Shown here piece after piece: positions 19,756 through 30,441 of a stretch of DNA of 64,000 nucleotides. Each line of letters begins with the position of its first letter. The stretch's first letter is position 1. The DNA is from an uncultured delta proteobacterium. Lineage in GTDB: Bacteria; Myxococcota_A; Polyangia; Polyangiales; Polyangiaceae. The stretch lies in NCBI GenBank assembly GCA_963716725.1, contig CAVQUB010000015.1:192001-256000 (forward strand), given 5' to 3'. The notes under the pieces were generated by a model, which made no database searches, was not told the origin of the DNA, and was given only the letters and a program-made list of their open reading frames with translations. Both the position numbers and the translations under genes were made by a program.

Positions 19756-20439
19756 ATGGATTCGAACAACCAGGGCAGCACGCCCGATACGACCACGATG
19801 GGACCCCACAACGAGCCCGAGACGGAGGGCGCGACCGCGCTCGCTTTGGCCCCCGACAGCGAGACCGACGGCGAGGCGATCACCCGGGAGCAGCGCCGCT
19901 CGCGTCGCAAGCGCGACGTGCGAGCTCGCACCATCAGCGTCAAGCGCATGACCAAGCGCGAGCTCGAGATCGGGCGTTTGCTCTACCCGGAGTCCGACTT
20001 CGACAAGCCGCGCAGCCGCGCCGAGTGCACCGAGGGCCCGCGGCCCTGCCCAGTCGTGTCGTGCAAGCACCACCTCTACATCGACGTCTCGCCGCGCACG
20101 GGCGCGATCAAGCTCAACTTCCCGGACCTCGAGGTTTGGGAGCTCAACGAGTCCTGCGCGCTCGATGTGGCGGACCGTGGCGGAACGACGCTGGAAGACG
20201 TGGGGGCTATCATGAATCTGACGCGGGAGAGAATTCGGCAAGTAGAGGTCAAGGCGCTGGCGAAGCTCGAGGCGCTGCGGGACATGTTGGCGTTGCGCGA
20301 CTACATCGACGAGGGTCCGGTCGGCAAGCGCCGGTTGCCCAGCCTGACCAAGGCAGATCTGGCCGCCAAGCCCAAGGACGACGACGCGAGCGACGATCTG
20401 GACGCGGACGACGGCGACTTCGACGTATTGGACGCTTGA
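19756..20439 (+). CDS. Sigma-70 region-4-like HTH protein with an upstream Cys/His cluster
   Basis: [27 protein letters not shown] matches sigma region 4.2; C-x6-CP-x3-CKHH...C; GGAGG RBS. Confidence 0.8.
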   Translation: MDSNNQGSTPDTTTMGPHNEPETEGATALALAPDSETDGEAITREQRRSRRKRDVRARTISVKRMTKRELEIGRLLYPESDFDKPRSRAECTEGPRPCPVVSCKHHLYIDVSPRTGAIKLNFPDLEVWELNESCALDVADRGGTTLEDVGAIMNLTRERIRQVEVKALAKLEALRDMLALRDYIDEGPVGKRRLPSLTKADLAAKPKDDDASDDLDADDGDFDVLDA

Positions 20440-20445
20440 GGCGCG

Positions 20446-21525
20446 TCAGCCCCGGAGCGCCGCCACCGTCCTGAGGAAGCTCTTGCCCAAGATCTTCTGC
20501 ACGGTGTCGGCGCTCATGTCGTGATCGAGCATCAGCTGCACCAACTTCGGCAGCTCGAGGCAGGTCGGCAGGTCGCGAGGCGGCCAAATGGCCCCGTCCC
20601 AGTCGCTGCCGAGAGCAGCGTGGTCGTCGCCCACGGTCTTCACGATGTGCGACAGATGACGCACGATGCTGGCGGCCCTGCCGTTCCACAGGGAATCGCC
20701 GAGGAAGCTCGACTGGTACATGACGCCGATGGTTCCGCCGGTGTCGGCCACGGCGCGCAGCTGATCGTCGTCGAGGTTGCGCCAGTGGTCGAAGGCGCCG
20801 CACACGCCCGTGTGGGTGACCATCAAAGGTTGGGACTTGTCGTGAACCTCGACGGCGTCCCAGAAGCCCCGGCGGCTGACGTGGGCCAGATCCACGAATA
20901 TCTTCCGGGAGTTGAGCGCCCGCACGAAGTCGCGACCGCGAGCCGTCAGCCCAGTGTCGCGCCGACCCGCCAGCGGGGAGCTCGTCGCGCCGAGACTCGA
21001 CGACGAGAGGTGAACGACCGTCACGCGTAGGACCAAGCCCGAGGGGATGCGGTCGAGCGCGTCGGGGGAGAAGTCGAGGGCGTTGCCGCCCTGGATGCCG
21101 ATGAAGGCCGCGTGCCGACCGCTAGCTCTTGCCGCGCGGTACTCGGCGACGTTGGTCACCACCGCAAACTGCTCGGGCACCTTCGCGAAGATCGAGCGGA
21201 GCTCGGCCAAGTTCTGCTCGAAGGTGTCGGCGCGGGACTTGGCGCTGCGCGCGGGGTTGGTGGTGATGACCCAGGTCGCACCGCTGATCTGGGCCTCCAG
21301 GATCCTCGGGAAGTCGACCTGGCTGTAGGCGCGCGCGCCGAACAGGCCGTGGCCGTGCCGTCGAGTCAAATCGTAGCCGGCGACTCGATGCCAGATGAAC
21401 GAGTCGACGTGCAGGTCGATCACGTCGCTCGCGAGGTAGAGCTCGACTGCCTCCCGGGAGATGCCCAGGCGACGAGCCCACGCAGAGGGGTCATGACGAT
21501 GATCTTCGAACTCGAGTCGAGGCAT
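20446..21525 (-). CDS. Membrane dipeptidase (peptidase M19) family protein
   Basis: IDLHVD, QVDFPR, VDLAHVS, THTG, RNLDD, GSDWDG. Confidence 0.85.
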   Translation of the reverse strand: MPRLEFEDHRHDPSAWARRLGISREAVELYLASDVIDLHVDSFIWHRVAGYDLTRRHGHGLFGARAYSQVDFPRILEAQISGATWVITTNPARSAKSRADTFEQNLAELRSIFAKVPEQFAVVTNVAEYRAARASGRHAAFIGIQGGNALDFSPDALDRIPSGLVLRVTVVHLSSSSLGATSSPLAGRRDTGLTARGRDFVRALNSRKIFVDLAHVSRRGFWDAVEVHDKSQPLMVTHTGVCGAFDHWRNLDDDQLRAVADTGGTIGVMYQSSFLGDSLWNGRAASIVRHLSHIVKTVGDDHAALGSDWDGAIWPPRDLPTCLELPKLVQLMLDHDMSADTVQKILGKSFLRTVAALRG

Positions 21526-21555
21526 GCCTCGACATAGCGCGCCCGGCGCGCCGGC

Positions 21556-21863
<308 letters not shown>

Positions 21864-21867
<4 letters not shown>

Positions 21868-22955
21868 GCAACACCTCCCAAACTCGACGGCTCCCGGATC
21901 GGGGCGTCATGGACCGCAGTTTCGAGCAGCTTGTTCACGACATGGTCGTAGTCGCACGCGGCGCTCGAGCCCGGTGCGTACTCGAAGAGCGTCTTGCCCT
22001 CGGCCGGGGCTTCTTTGACCTTGCTGGCCATGCGCACGGGCGGCAGACAGCGCGCTCCGAAGTGCTCGCGCAGCGTCGCGAGGGCCTCGTGGCAGATGCG
22101 TGCGCGCGCGTCGAAGAGGGTCGGTAGCACGCCCCACAGCTCGACCGAATGACCCAAGAGCTTGTTGACCTGGCGCAGCGTTCGCAGCACCTGGCGCACG
22201 CCGATCAGCGATAGGTAGTCGCAGGCCACCGGGCAGAGGACCGAGTCGGCAAAGGCCAGCGCGTTCTGGTTCATCAACGACAAGCTCGGCGAGCAGTCCA
22301 CGATGATGAAGTCGTAGCGCTGGCGCGCGGGCGCCAGGCGCTCGGCCAGCACGCGGTCGCGCTGGCGTCGACCCGTCAGGTAGAGTTCGGCGGCGGCGAG
22401 GGTCTCGTTGGCCGGCAGCACGTCGAGACCGGGCCGGGCCTGCACCACGGCTTCTTCGATGGGCAGACCCATCACCAGCACGTGGTAGAGGGAGCGTTCG
22501 TAGCTGAGCGCCAGGGAGGCGCCCACGTTGCCCTGCCCGTCGGTGTCCGCCAGCAGCACTCGAGCGCCACGCGCTGCGAGCCCGGCGGCCACGCTCACCG
22601 CCGTGGTGGTCTTTCCGGTGCCGCCTTTGTGATTGAAGACGGCGAGGACCCGCGCCGCGCCCTGGGTCGTCGGCGCTGGGAGCGGGCGCCTGGCGCTCTT
22701 GCCGAGGCTGGCCCGGCACAGGTCGCTGCAGGCGTAGCGCCGCTCGGGCCCCTGGTAGAGCAACTGTGCTGCGAGCTCGAGGACGAACTCCCGGGAGCAA
22801 GCGTCGCAGCGGACCGACCCGCTGGCGCTCTTTCCCAGGCACGCCTGCGAGCAGAAGAAGACCAAGCGATCCGCGCCTTCGACGCTTCGGACCTCGGTCT
22901 GGTACCGAAACTGAATCTCGAAGTCGGCGTGGCAGATGTTGCAGGAGCGCTTCAT
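21864..22955 (-). CDS. ParA/Soj family ATPase with two N-terminal TRASH-like zinc fingers
   Basis: NHKGGTGKTT deviant Walker A, DTDGQGN, IIVDCSPSL, EAP..GK; CxxC...FCSxxC and CxxC...ACSxxC. Confidence 0.88.
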
Positions 22956-23107
22956 GGTCGAGGGCGCTTCGTGTTTATCGAAGCGTCGCTCGACGGGATG
23001 TCATGCTCCCGGGGATTCGGCCAAGTTTTCGGGGGGTCCGGGCCAGTGGGCGGAGCCGCCTGCGCAGGCCTTGACGAGCGGCGCTGACGAGAATTGAGTC
23101 TCCGCCC

Positions 23108-25093
23108 ATGCGAACCCGCTTCTCTAGCCTCCTCTTCGTCTCCATCGCCGCCTGCGGTGGCCCGGGCGCCGTCGGCAACGCGGCACGCCCCGAAGCCCCG
23201 ACGGGCTCGGAGGCCTTCGAGGAGAAACCCGCGGCCGGCTGCGAGGGTGTCGGAAAATATGCCGAACCGTTGATCGTGGACTGGAAGAGCCAGGAGCGCA
23301 CCGATCTGGAGCTGGCGATGAAGAAGGGCGTCGCGGTCGTTTCCTACGACTGCAAGACGATCCGCATGTTGAAGGATTGCAGCCTGAACGGCTCGTACGA
23401 GTACGCCGGCGTCAGTTTGAAGGAAGACATGGTTCAGCTGGAGAACGCCGACGAGGTCCGCGCGAACCTGCCGCTGAGCGGAATCAAGCTGGGCGGAGAG
23501 CTTGAACGCGGCAGCTCGATCGACGTCGCGTTGGTGATGGTGGGAAAGCGCGGCTCGACAGCCGGAGCAGTCTCCAAGGACACGCTCAAGGGTACCTGTG
23601 AGGGCGCGACGCACGTGGTCCGCGCGGCGTACGTCGGTGCATTCGCGATGGCGCGGGGCTCGCGAGGCAAGGTGCGAGCGGTGGCCGAGGTGTTCGGCGC
23701 GGGCGGAGAAGCCAAGAGCGAGAGTCAAAAGCACACCTCCAACAAGGACGGAGACGTGACGGCGTGCAAGAGCTCGAGCCCCGACTCGCCGAAGCCTCCG
23801 GATCAGTGTCAGTCCGCGCTCCGCCTGGAGCTGACGCCCATCTCGAATCAGCCAGTTGCGGCAGAAAAACAGGAGAAAACGAGCCCGGCTGATCTCGGAG
23901 CCAACACCTGCGGTCCCGGTGAGGTGCGAGCGCACGGCAAGTGCACGACCGACCAGGACCAGGCGCATCGTTGCAACCCAAAGGACGAAGCGGAGTGTCG
24001 CGCTCAGTGTGACAAGGGCGACGGCTACAGCTGCCAGGCTCTCGGATACTTGCAAAAGAAGACGAGTTCACCGGAGGCCCGGGCCGCCTTCGACAAGTCC
24101 TGTGACAAGGGATACGGCTACGGTTGCATGGCGGCAGCCGAGTCTCGCCTGTCCGCGAACATGCAGAAGAACGACCCGAGGCTGATCGCCGAAGCCGAGA
24201 AGCTCCTCGACAAGGGTTGTCTCGCCGGCGAGGGCTGGGTCTGTTGGAATACCGCCAGCTGGTACATGCGGCCCGAAACACTGAAGCCTCCCTTCGGCCG
24301 CAACATGGACAAGGGCATGCAGCTGCTCGAGCGCGGTTGCGCGCTCGGTTACGCGCCATCGTGCGCGTCCCTGGGCACCGAGCTCGTCGAAGGCAAGAAC
24401 ACCAAGAAGGACGCTACCCGCGGCATCGAGGTCTTGAAGCGGGCTTGCGATGGCGGCGCGTGGGAGAGCTGCGAGCGCATGGGCAACTACTTGCGCGATG
24501 GCAAACACGTGGCCAAGGACGGACTTGCGGCGGAGACCGCCTTCGGCCGGGCCTGCGCCCTCGGAGGCCTACGCGCCTGTCATTCCGGGGCGATGCTGTA
24601 CATGGTGGGCGACGGCGTCCCCAAGGACGTAAAGCAGGGGCGAGCGCTGCTCGAGCGCGGCTGCCCCGACCAGGGCAGCGCCGGATGGGACGCCTGCAGG
24701 TCGCTGGGTGACGCCTACGCGAAGGGCGAGGGCGTGAGCAAAGACCCGCAGCGCGCCGCCGGCTACTACACGCGCGGCTTGGCATTTCAGCTGGCTGGCG
24801 AGATCTACGAGAAAGGCAGCGGTGGAAAGCCGGATTTGGTGAAGGCGCTCGAACAGTACAAGGAGGGCTGCCATCGCACGGGCTCGAGCGAGCTCGGCAA
24901 GAAGGCTTGCGCGTCCGCGGGCCGCCTGCTCGAGAAGCAGGACAAGGCCGAGGCCAAGGCCTTCTACGAAGATCTGTGCAAGCGCATGGGCCTCGGCGAG
25001 AAGCAATACTGCGCCGCCTTCAAGAAGCTCGGAGGCGATCCGGCTGCGGCCCTGAGCGCTCCGAAGCCGTCTGTCTTTCCCAAGACCAAGTGA
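23108..25093 (+). CDS. Lipoprotein with an uncharacterised N-terminal domain and Cys-rich Sel1-like (Hcp-type) repeats
   Basis: IAAC lipobox; repeated (K/R)(A/G)C.LG...(S/A)C units and G.GV.KD..(Q/R). Confidence 0.85.
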   Translation: MRTRFSSLLFVSIAACGGPGAVGNAARPEAPTGSEAFEEKPAAGCEGVGKYAEPLIVDWKSQERTDLELAMKKGVAVVSYDCKTIRMLKDCSLNGSYEYAGVSLKEDMVQLENADEVRANLPLSGIKLGGELERGSSIDVALVMVGKRGSTAGAVSKDTLKGTCEGATHVVRAAYVGAFAMARGSRGKVRAVAEVFGAGGEAKSESQKHTSNKDGDVTACKSSSPDSPKPPDQCQSALRLELTPISNQPVAAEKQEKTSPADLGANTCGPGEVRAHGKCTTDQDQAHRCNPKDEAECRAQCDKGDGYSCQALGYLQKKTSSPEARAAFDKSCDKGYGYGCMAAAESRLSANMQKNDPRLIAEAEKLLDKGCLAGEGWVCWNTASWYMRPETLKPPFGRNMDKGMQLLERGCALGYAPSCASLGTELVEGKNTKKDATRGIEVLKRACDGGAWESCERMGNYLRDGKHVAKDGLAAETAFGRACALGGLRACHSGAMLYMVGDGVPKDVKQGRALLERGCPDQGSAGWDACRSLGDAYAKGEGVSKDPQRAAGYYTRGLAFQLAGEIYEKGSGGKPDLVKALEQYKEGCHRTGSSELGKKACASAGRLLEKQDKAEAKAFYEDLCKRMGLGEKQYCAAFKKLGGDPAAALSAPKPSVFPKTK

Positions 25094-25103
25094 CGACCCG
25101 CCT

Positions 25104-26669
25104 TCAGTGGCGGAAGTGCCGGACGGCCGTGAAGACCATGGCGAGGCCCAGGCGATCGGCCGCGGCGATCACCTCGGCGTCCTTCTTGCTGCCGCCCGGC
25201 TGGGCGACGGCGGTGATGCCAGCCTGCGCGGCGGACTCGACGCCGTCGGGGAAGGGAAAGAAGGCATCCGAAGCCAGCACGCTGCCCCGGGCTCGTTCGC
25301 CGGCGGTCTTGCAGGCCACCTCCACGGCCAGCACGCGGGCGGTCTGCCCGCCGCCGATGCCGGCGGTGACGAAGGAGCCCGGTGAGTCCCCGGCGCGCGC
25401 GAGCACGATGGCGTTGCTCTTGACGTGTTTGGCGGCGCACCACGCAAAGTCGAGGGCGGCGAGCTCGGACTCGGAGGGGGCACGTGCCGTGACGACCTTG
25501 CCCGAGCGAACCTCACCGGCGCCGCTGGCGTCGCGCTCTTGCAGCACGTAGCCGCCGCCGATGCGCTTGAGCTGGCGTGCCCGGTGGTCGCGCGGCAGCC
25601 ACTGCCCAGTCGCCAAAAGCCTGAGTGCGCTCTTGGCACGCAGGCGCTCGAGCGCTGCGGGGGAGAAGCTCGGCGCGATGACGCACTCGAGGAAAGTCTC
25701 GGCGAGTAGCTCCGCGGTGGCATCGTCGACTTCGCGGTTGAGGGCCACGATGCCGCCGAAGGCGCTCATGGCATCTGCGTCGCGCGCGCTGCGATAGGCG
25801 CCGGCGAGAGCGGAGGCCACCGCGACGCCGCAGGGGCTGGTGTGCTTGACGACGACGGCGCCGGGCGCATCGAGCTCGCGCACCGCGTCGAGGGCGGCCT
25901 CGGCGTCCACCAGGTTGTTGAAGGACAGCTCCTTGGCTCCGCTGCCCAGGCTCTCGGCCCGGGCCAGGCAGCCGTTCTCGGCGCCGCGCTCGCGATAAAA
26001 TGCTGCGGCTTGGTGAGGGTTTTCGCCGTAGCGCAGACCGTAGCCCTTCTCGAGCGGCAGCGTGAGGCTGCGCGGCCAGCCGTCCGCTTCACCTCGAGCG
26101 CTCAGCCAACCGCCGATGGCGCCGTCGTAGGCCGCGGTGTGGGCAAAGACCTTGGCTGCGAGCCGGCGCCGGGTCTCGAGCGTGGTGTCGTCGCTCTCGG
26201 CGAACTCGGCAAGCACGCTGGGGTAGTCGGCGGGATCGCAGACCACGGTCACCCGCGAGTGGTTCTTCGCCGCCGAGCGCAGCATGCTGGGTCCACCAAT
26301 GTCGATGTTCTCGATCAGCTCGTCGAACTCCGCGCCGGGCTTGGCGAGGGTTTGCTCGAAGGGGTAGAGGTTGACGACCACCAGATCGATGAGCCGCGCG
26401 CCGATGCGCTCGAGATCCGAGTCGTCCGTGCCTTCACGCGCCAAGAGCGCGCCGTGCACCTTGGGATGGAGCGTCTTGACCCGACCGTCCATCACTTCGG
26501 GCGAGCCGGTGTAGCTCTCGACCGTCTCGACGGGAATGCCCGCGGCCGCGAGCGCCTTGAAGGTTCCGCCAGTGGAGAGCAGCGCCACGTCGCGCTTGGC
26601 GAGCTCGCGTGCGAACTCCACCAGTCCAGACTTGTCGGAGACCGAGAGCAGGGCACGTCGGATGGGCAT
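25104..26669 (-). CDS. purH: Bifunctional AICAR transformylase/IMP cyclohydrolase
   Basis: RALLSVSDK, STGGT, GRVKTLHP, IDIGGP, LRYGENPHQ, SDAFFPF, QPGGS, RHFRH. Confidence 0.97.
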   Translation of the reverse strand: MPIRRALLSVSDKSGLVEFARELAKRDVALLSTGGTFKALAAAGIPVETVESYTGSPEVMDGRVKTLHPKVHGALLAREGTDDSDLERIGARLIDLVVVNLYPFEQTLAKPGAEFDELIENIDIGGPSMLRSAAKNHSRVTVVCDPADYPSVLAEFAESDDTTLETRRRLAAKVFAHTAAYDGAIGGWLSARGEADGWPRSLTLPLEKGYGLRYGENPHQAAAFYRERGAENGCLARAESLGSGAKELSFNNLVDAEAALDAVRELDAPGAVVVKHTSPCGVAVASALAGAYRSARDADAMSAFGGIVALNREVDDATAELLAETFLECVIAPSFSPAALERLRAKSALRLLATGQWLPRDHRARQLKRIGGGYVLQERDASGAGEVRSGKVVTARAPSESELAALDFAWCAAKHVKSNAIVLARAGDSPGSFVTAGIGGGQTARVLAVEVACKTAGERARGSVLASDAFFPFPDGVESAAQAGITAVAQPGGSKKDAEVIAAADRLGLAMVFTAVRHFRH

Positions 26670-26724
26670 GGCGGGTCGCTATCGCGGGGGACGGTGCGGC
26701 GTCAATCATGTATGCTCCGCCGCC

Positions 26725-27105
26725 ATGTTGCGCTTCTGGATTGGCTTTTCTTCAGCAGTTCTCTGGGCCTCGGGCCTGCTGGCCTGTTCTTCGGAGGACG
26801 CGCCCGCCGACGGCGACCAGCCCTACGCGCCGGCGGGCAACGGAGTGCCCATCAGCGAGGCAGATGCCTGCAAGGCCATCACCACTGCGGAAGACGACCG
26901 CCGCGACCTGCTGTCGTGCGGGCCGGTGACCCGTGCGCCGTGCCCGACGTACATCCAGAAGGCCAACCCGGCCTGCTCCCAGTACGACCAAGGCACCGTG
27001 CAGGCCTGCGCCGCGTTCGCGAGTCAGCAGGCGAGCTGCGATGCGCTGACCAAGAAGAAGTGCATCCTGAAGATCATCGAAGGATCGGCGCCAAACGGCT
27101 GTTGA
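26725..27105 (+). CDS. Small Cys-rich lipoprotein
   Basis: GLLAC lipobox; 8 further Cys. Confidence 0.7.
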   Translation: MLRFWIGFSSAVLWASGLLACSSEDAPADGDQPYAPAGNGVPISEADACKAITTAEDDRRDLLSCGPVTRAPCPTYIQKANPACSQYDQGTVQACAAFASQQASCDALTKKKCILKIIEGSAPNGC

Positions 27106-28121
27106 CCCGCTCGTCCCAAAAAGCCTGAAGGTCCGACGCGAGCGCCGACTCGAGCTCGAGCCGCTCGCCCGTCACGGCGTGAATCATGCGGTAGCGGTGG
27201 GCGTGCAGCGCGTGACGCGGTAACTCGAGACGTGCGAGGTCGTCCTCGCTGAGCTCACCGTCGGCGGCCCGGGCCAGCATGCGTTCGTCCGGTCCGTACA
27301 GCTTGTCGCCGACGATGGGCGTGCCCGTGACGGCCAGATGTACCCGGATTCTGGTGTTGCCGCCCGGTATGAAGGCGACAGCGCGAGAGCGCGTAACCGC
27401 CCCGGGACTCGAGCACCAGCACCTCCGTGCGCGCGTCGAGCCCAGCGCCAGTGGCGACGCGCATCTTCACTCGGAGCGGGTTGTCCAGGTCGGGCTCGAG
27501 GGGCAGCACGACGAAGCCAGATTGGGGTGTGCCCCAGGTGATGGCCAGGTAGTCCTTCTCCAGCTCGAGGGCGCCGTCACGCTGTCTGGCACCGGTGGTG
27601 CGGTCCTCCAGCTTGCGCTTGAAGCGGCGGTCGGCTTCGGCCGTCTTCGCCAGCAAGAGCAGGCCGCTCGTCTCGCGGTCGATGCGATGGATCAACGACA
27701 GAAACTGGCCTGGCCGGCTCTTGCCCAGGAGCTTCACGACGGTGGCGTGGTGGTGACGCGCCGTGGGGTGCACCGCCATCAAAGGGGGTTTGTCCACGAC
27801 CAGCAGGTGTTCGTCTTCGAAGACGATGGCGATTTCGCGAGCCGTGTCCTGCTCTTCGAAGGGCAAGCGCCAGAGCACGACGCGGTCCTCTGCGCGGACG
27901 CGATCGTTGTGGCGGAGCTTCTTGCCAGCGGCCGAGTAGGCGGTGTTGTCGATGATGGATCGCGCGCGTGTGCGGCTGGTATTGCGGAGCTGTGTCGGCA
28001 AGAACACGTCGAGGCGCATGCCCTCGGACTCGGGCGGAACGCGGATCACGCGCAAGATGGCGTCGGCCGGGATGCCCGGCGGACGCACCAGCCCGAGCGG
28101 TGCGTCGTCGCCCTCGCTCAC
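27074..28121 (-). CDS. RluA/RluD family pseudouridine synthase; 1-nt frameshift at ~27349
   Basis: VVDKP, HRIDRETSG, HTGRQHQ, then IRVHLA..GTPIVGDKLYG and HALHA in the next frame. Confidence 0.9.
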
Positions 28122-28128
28122 GGCCGAT

Positions 28129-29016
28129 TCAACTCCCGCGCCTGATCTCGGTGCCGACGCCGTGGTCGGTGAAGATCTCGAGTAATAGCGCGTGGCTGCG
28201 ACGGCCGTCGATGATGTGGACTTTCTCCACGCCTTCGGCGACCGCGTCCAGCGCGCAGCGCACTTTGGGGATCATGCCGCTGTTGATCACGCCGCTGCCG
28301 ATCAGTCCTTCCGCGGCTTCGGCGCCAAGGGACGAGAGCAGAGTCCCGGAAGCGTCCTTCACCCCGTCCACGTCGGTCATCAGCATGAGCTTCGCTGCTT
28401 GCAGGGCGCCGGCGATGCGGCCGGCGGCCGTATCGGCGTTGACATTGAGCGCGCGACCCTCAGCATCCACGGCAATCGGGGCGATGACCGGCAAAAACCC
28501 GCTGTCTAGCAGCCGGTCGACGATGCGCGGGTCCACGGTCTCGAGGTCCCCGACCCGACCGAGGTCGACCAGCAGGTCGGCGCCGCTCGAATCCTTCGCT
28601 GGCACTTCGGCCAAGCGCTCGGCGCGCATGAAGTGGTCATCCTTGCCCGAGAGCCCCACGGCCCGGCCGCCGTGTTGGCAGATCAGGCCCACGATGTCTT
28701 GGTTGACGGCGCCCCCGAGCACCATCTCGACGACCTCCATGGTGGCGTCGTCGGTGACGCGCAGGCCGGCCTGAAAGGACGAGCTGATGCCCATCTTCTG
28801 GAGCATTTGGTCGATTTGGGGGCCGCCGCCGTGCACGACCACCACGCGGATGCCGACGTAGCGCAGGAGGCAGACGTCTCGAGCGAAGCTCTCCTTGAGC
28901 TGCGCGTCGACCATGGCGTGTCCGCCGTATTTGACGACGAAGGTGCGCCCCTGGAAGCGCCGGATGTACGGGAGCGCCTCGTGGAGGATTTTGGCCTTCT
29001 CGACCAGGGCTTCCAT
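28129..29016 (-). CDS. argB: Acetylglutamate kinase
   Basis: EALPYIRRF.G.TFVVKYGG, VHGGGPQI, GLRVTD, NVNADT, GMIPKV, HALLLEIFT. Confidence 0.96.
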   Translation of the reverse strand: MEALVEKAKILHEALPYIRRFQGRTFVVKYGGHAMVDAQLKESFARDVCLLRYVGIRVVVVHGGGPQIDQMLQKMGISSSFQAGLRVTDDATMEVVEMVLGGAVNQDIVGLICQHGGRAVGLSGKDDHFMRAERLAEVPAKDSSGADLLVDLGRVGDLETVDPRIVDRLLDSGFLPVIAPIAVDAEGRALNVNADTAAGRIAGALQAAKLMLMTDVDGVKDASGTLLSSLGAEAAEGLIGSGVINSGMIPKVRCALDAVAEGVEKVHIIDGRRSHALLLEIFTDHGVGTEIRRGS

Positions 29017-29094
29017 TTTCGGCGGGAGGGTACGGGCGGGGTGGCAGCTGCGCAAGTGCACATCCCCCGGCACCCGTGTTAGACCGCCGGCACC

Positions 29095-30441
29095 ATGGAA
29101 ATCCTGATGGTCGCCCTCGAGCTCAGCCCGTTCGCCCGCGAGACGGACGCCGGCGACGCGGTGGCATCACTGTCCAAGGCGCTGCGACAGCTCGGGCACA
29201 ACGTCACGGTCGCCATCCCGCGCCAGCCCGGGTTCGACGAGTCGGGGCTCTTGATGGCTCGCCGCCTGACGCCGCTCCCGCTACCCGATGGCGGTGAGGT
29301 CCCGGTGCTCGACGCGCAGCTACCCTCCGGCGTCCAGGTCACTCTCTTCGACGCGCCGGTGCTCTTCGACCGCCCGTCGCCCTATTCGACGGACGGCGTC
29401 GAGCACCCGGACAATGCCCAGCGCTTCGCGCTCCTGTCGCAGGCGGCCGCGGCGCTGGTCCGGCAGCGGGCAGCGCAGGGCACGGCTTTCGACATCGTCC
29501 ACCTGCACGACGCGCCGGCGGCGCTCTTCCCGGCGGCGCTCGCGCGGATCCCGGGGCCCAGCGTGCCGACGGTGCTCACCATTCACGACGCCGACCGACC
29601 GGGGAGGGGCGACGACGAGCTCGAAGCATTGCGCACGGGCATCACGCAGGTGGACGTCGTCACCACCGTATCGCCGACCTACGCCGCGGCGCTCACGACG
29701 GCGCTCTGCGTCTCTCCGGACAAGCCCATCGTGGGCATCAGCAACGGCGTCGACCACGCGGTGCACAACCCGGCGACCGACTCGGCCTTGGCCAGCCGCT
29801 ACAATGCGGAAGACGCTTCGCACAAGGGCGTGTGCAAGAGCGCAGTCCTGCGCGAGCTGGAGCTGCCCATCGACATCGATCGGCCCTTGCTCCTGATCGA
29901 TGGCCCGCTCACCCCGACCTCTGGGCTCGATCTGGTGCTCGCGGCCATGTCGGGCCTGCTCAAGACCGGGACGGCGGTGGTCGTGGCATCCGAGCTGCCC
30001 GCGGCGGCAGCCAAGAAGCTCAAGGCCTTGCGAACCAGGCGCCGCGACGACTTTGCCTGGGTGGAGCGGACCACGGTGCAGATCCGCCACCGGCTCTACG
30101 CAGCGGCGGATCTGGCGCTGATCGCGCCGCGTCACGCGCCCTGCGGCAACCAGCAGCTGATCGCCCAGCGTTACGGGGCGCTGCCCATCGCCCGCGCCGT
30201 CGGTGGCATCAACGACACGGTGGTCGACTGCGACGCATCGCTGGAGACCGGCACGGGATTCCTGTTCGACGACGAGAGCGAGGAGGCGCTGCTCGGCGCA
30301 GTTGGCCGCGCGCTCACTGCGTTTGGAAGCGCTTCACTGCCGCGGCTCCGGCGCCGCATCATGCGCCTCGATCTGGGCTGGGACAGGCCCGCTCGCCGCT
30401 ACCTCCAGGTCTACCGCCAAGCGCTCGGCGCTGGGCGCTGA
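29095..30441 (+). CDS. Glycogen synthase (GT5) homolog with degenerate catalytic motifs
   Basis: Overall GlgA layout (DNAQRFALLS, VTTVSPTYA, GISNGVD, RYGALPIARAVGGINDTV, TGFLF) but key residues are substituted. Confidence 0.8.
   Translation: MEILMVALELSPFARETDAGDAVASLSKALRQLGHNVTVAIPRQPGFDESGLLMARRLTPLPLPDGGEVPVLDAQLPSGVQVTLFDAPVLFDRPSPYSTDGVEHPDNAQRFALLSQAAAALVRQRAAQGTAFDIVHLHDAPAALFPAALARIPGPSVPTVLTIHDADRPGRGDDELEALRTGITQVDVVTTVSPTYAAALTTALCVSPDKPIVGISNGVDHAVHNPATDSALASRYNAEDASHKGVCKSAVLRELELPIDIDRPLLLIDGPLTPTSGLDLVLAAMSGLLKTGTAVVVASELPAAAAKKLKALRTRRRDDFAWVERTTVQIRHRLYAAADLALIAPRHAPCGNQQLIAQRYGALPIARAVGGINDTVVDCDASLETGTGFLFDDESEEALLGAVGRALTAFGSASLPRLRRRIMRLDLGWDRPARRYLQVYRQALGAGR

Noticed and set aside
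30334..30441. 108-bp convergent overlap between the glgA homolog and the membrane protein as a functional feature
   Set aside because: Stop-codon drift is common in high-GC genomes and there is no further support
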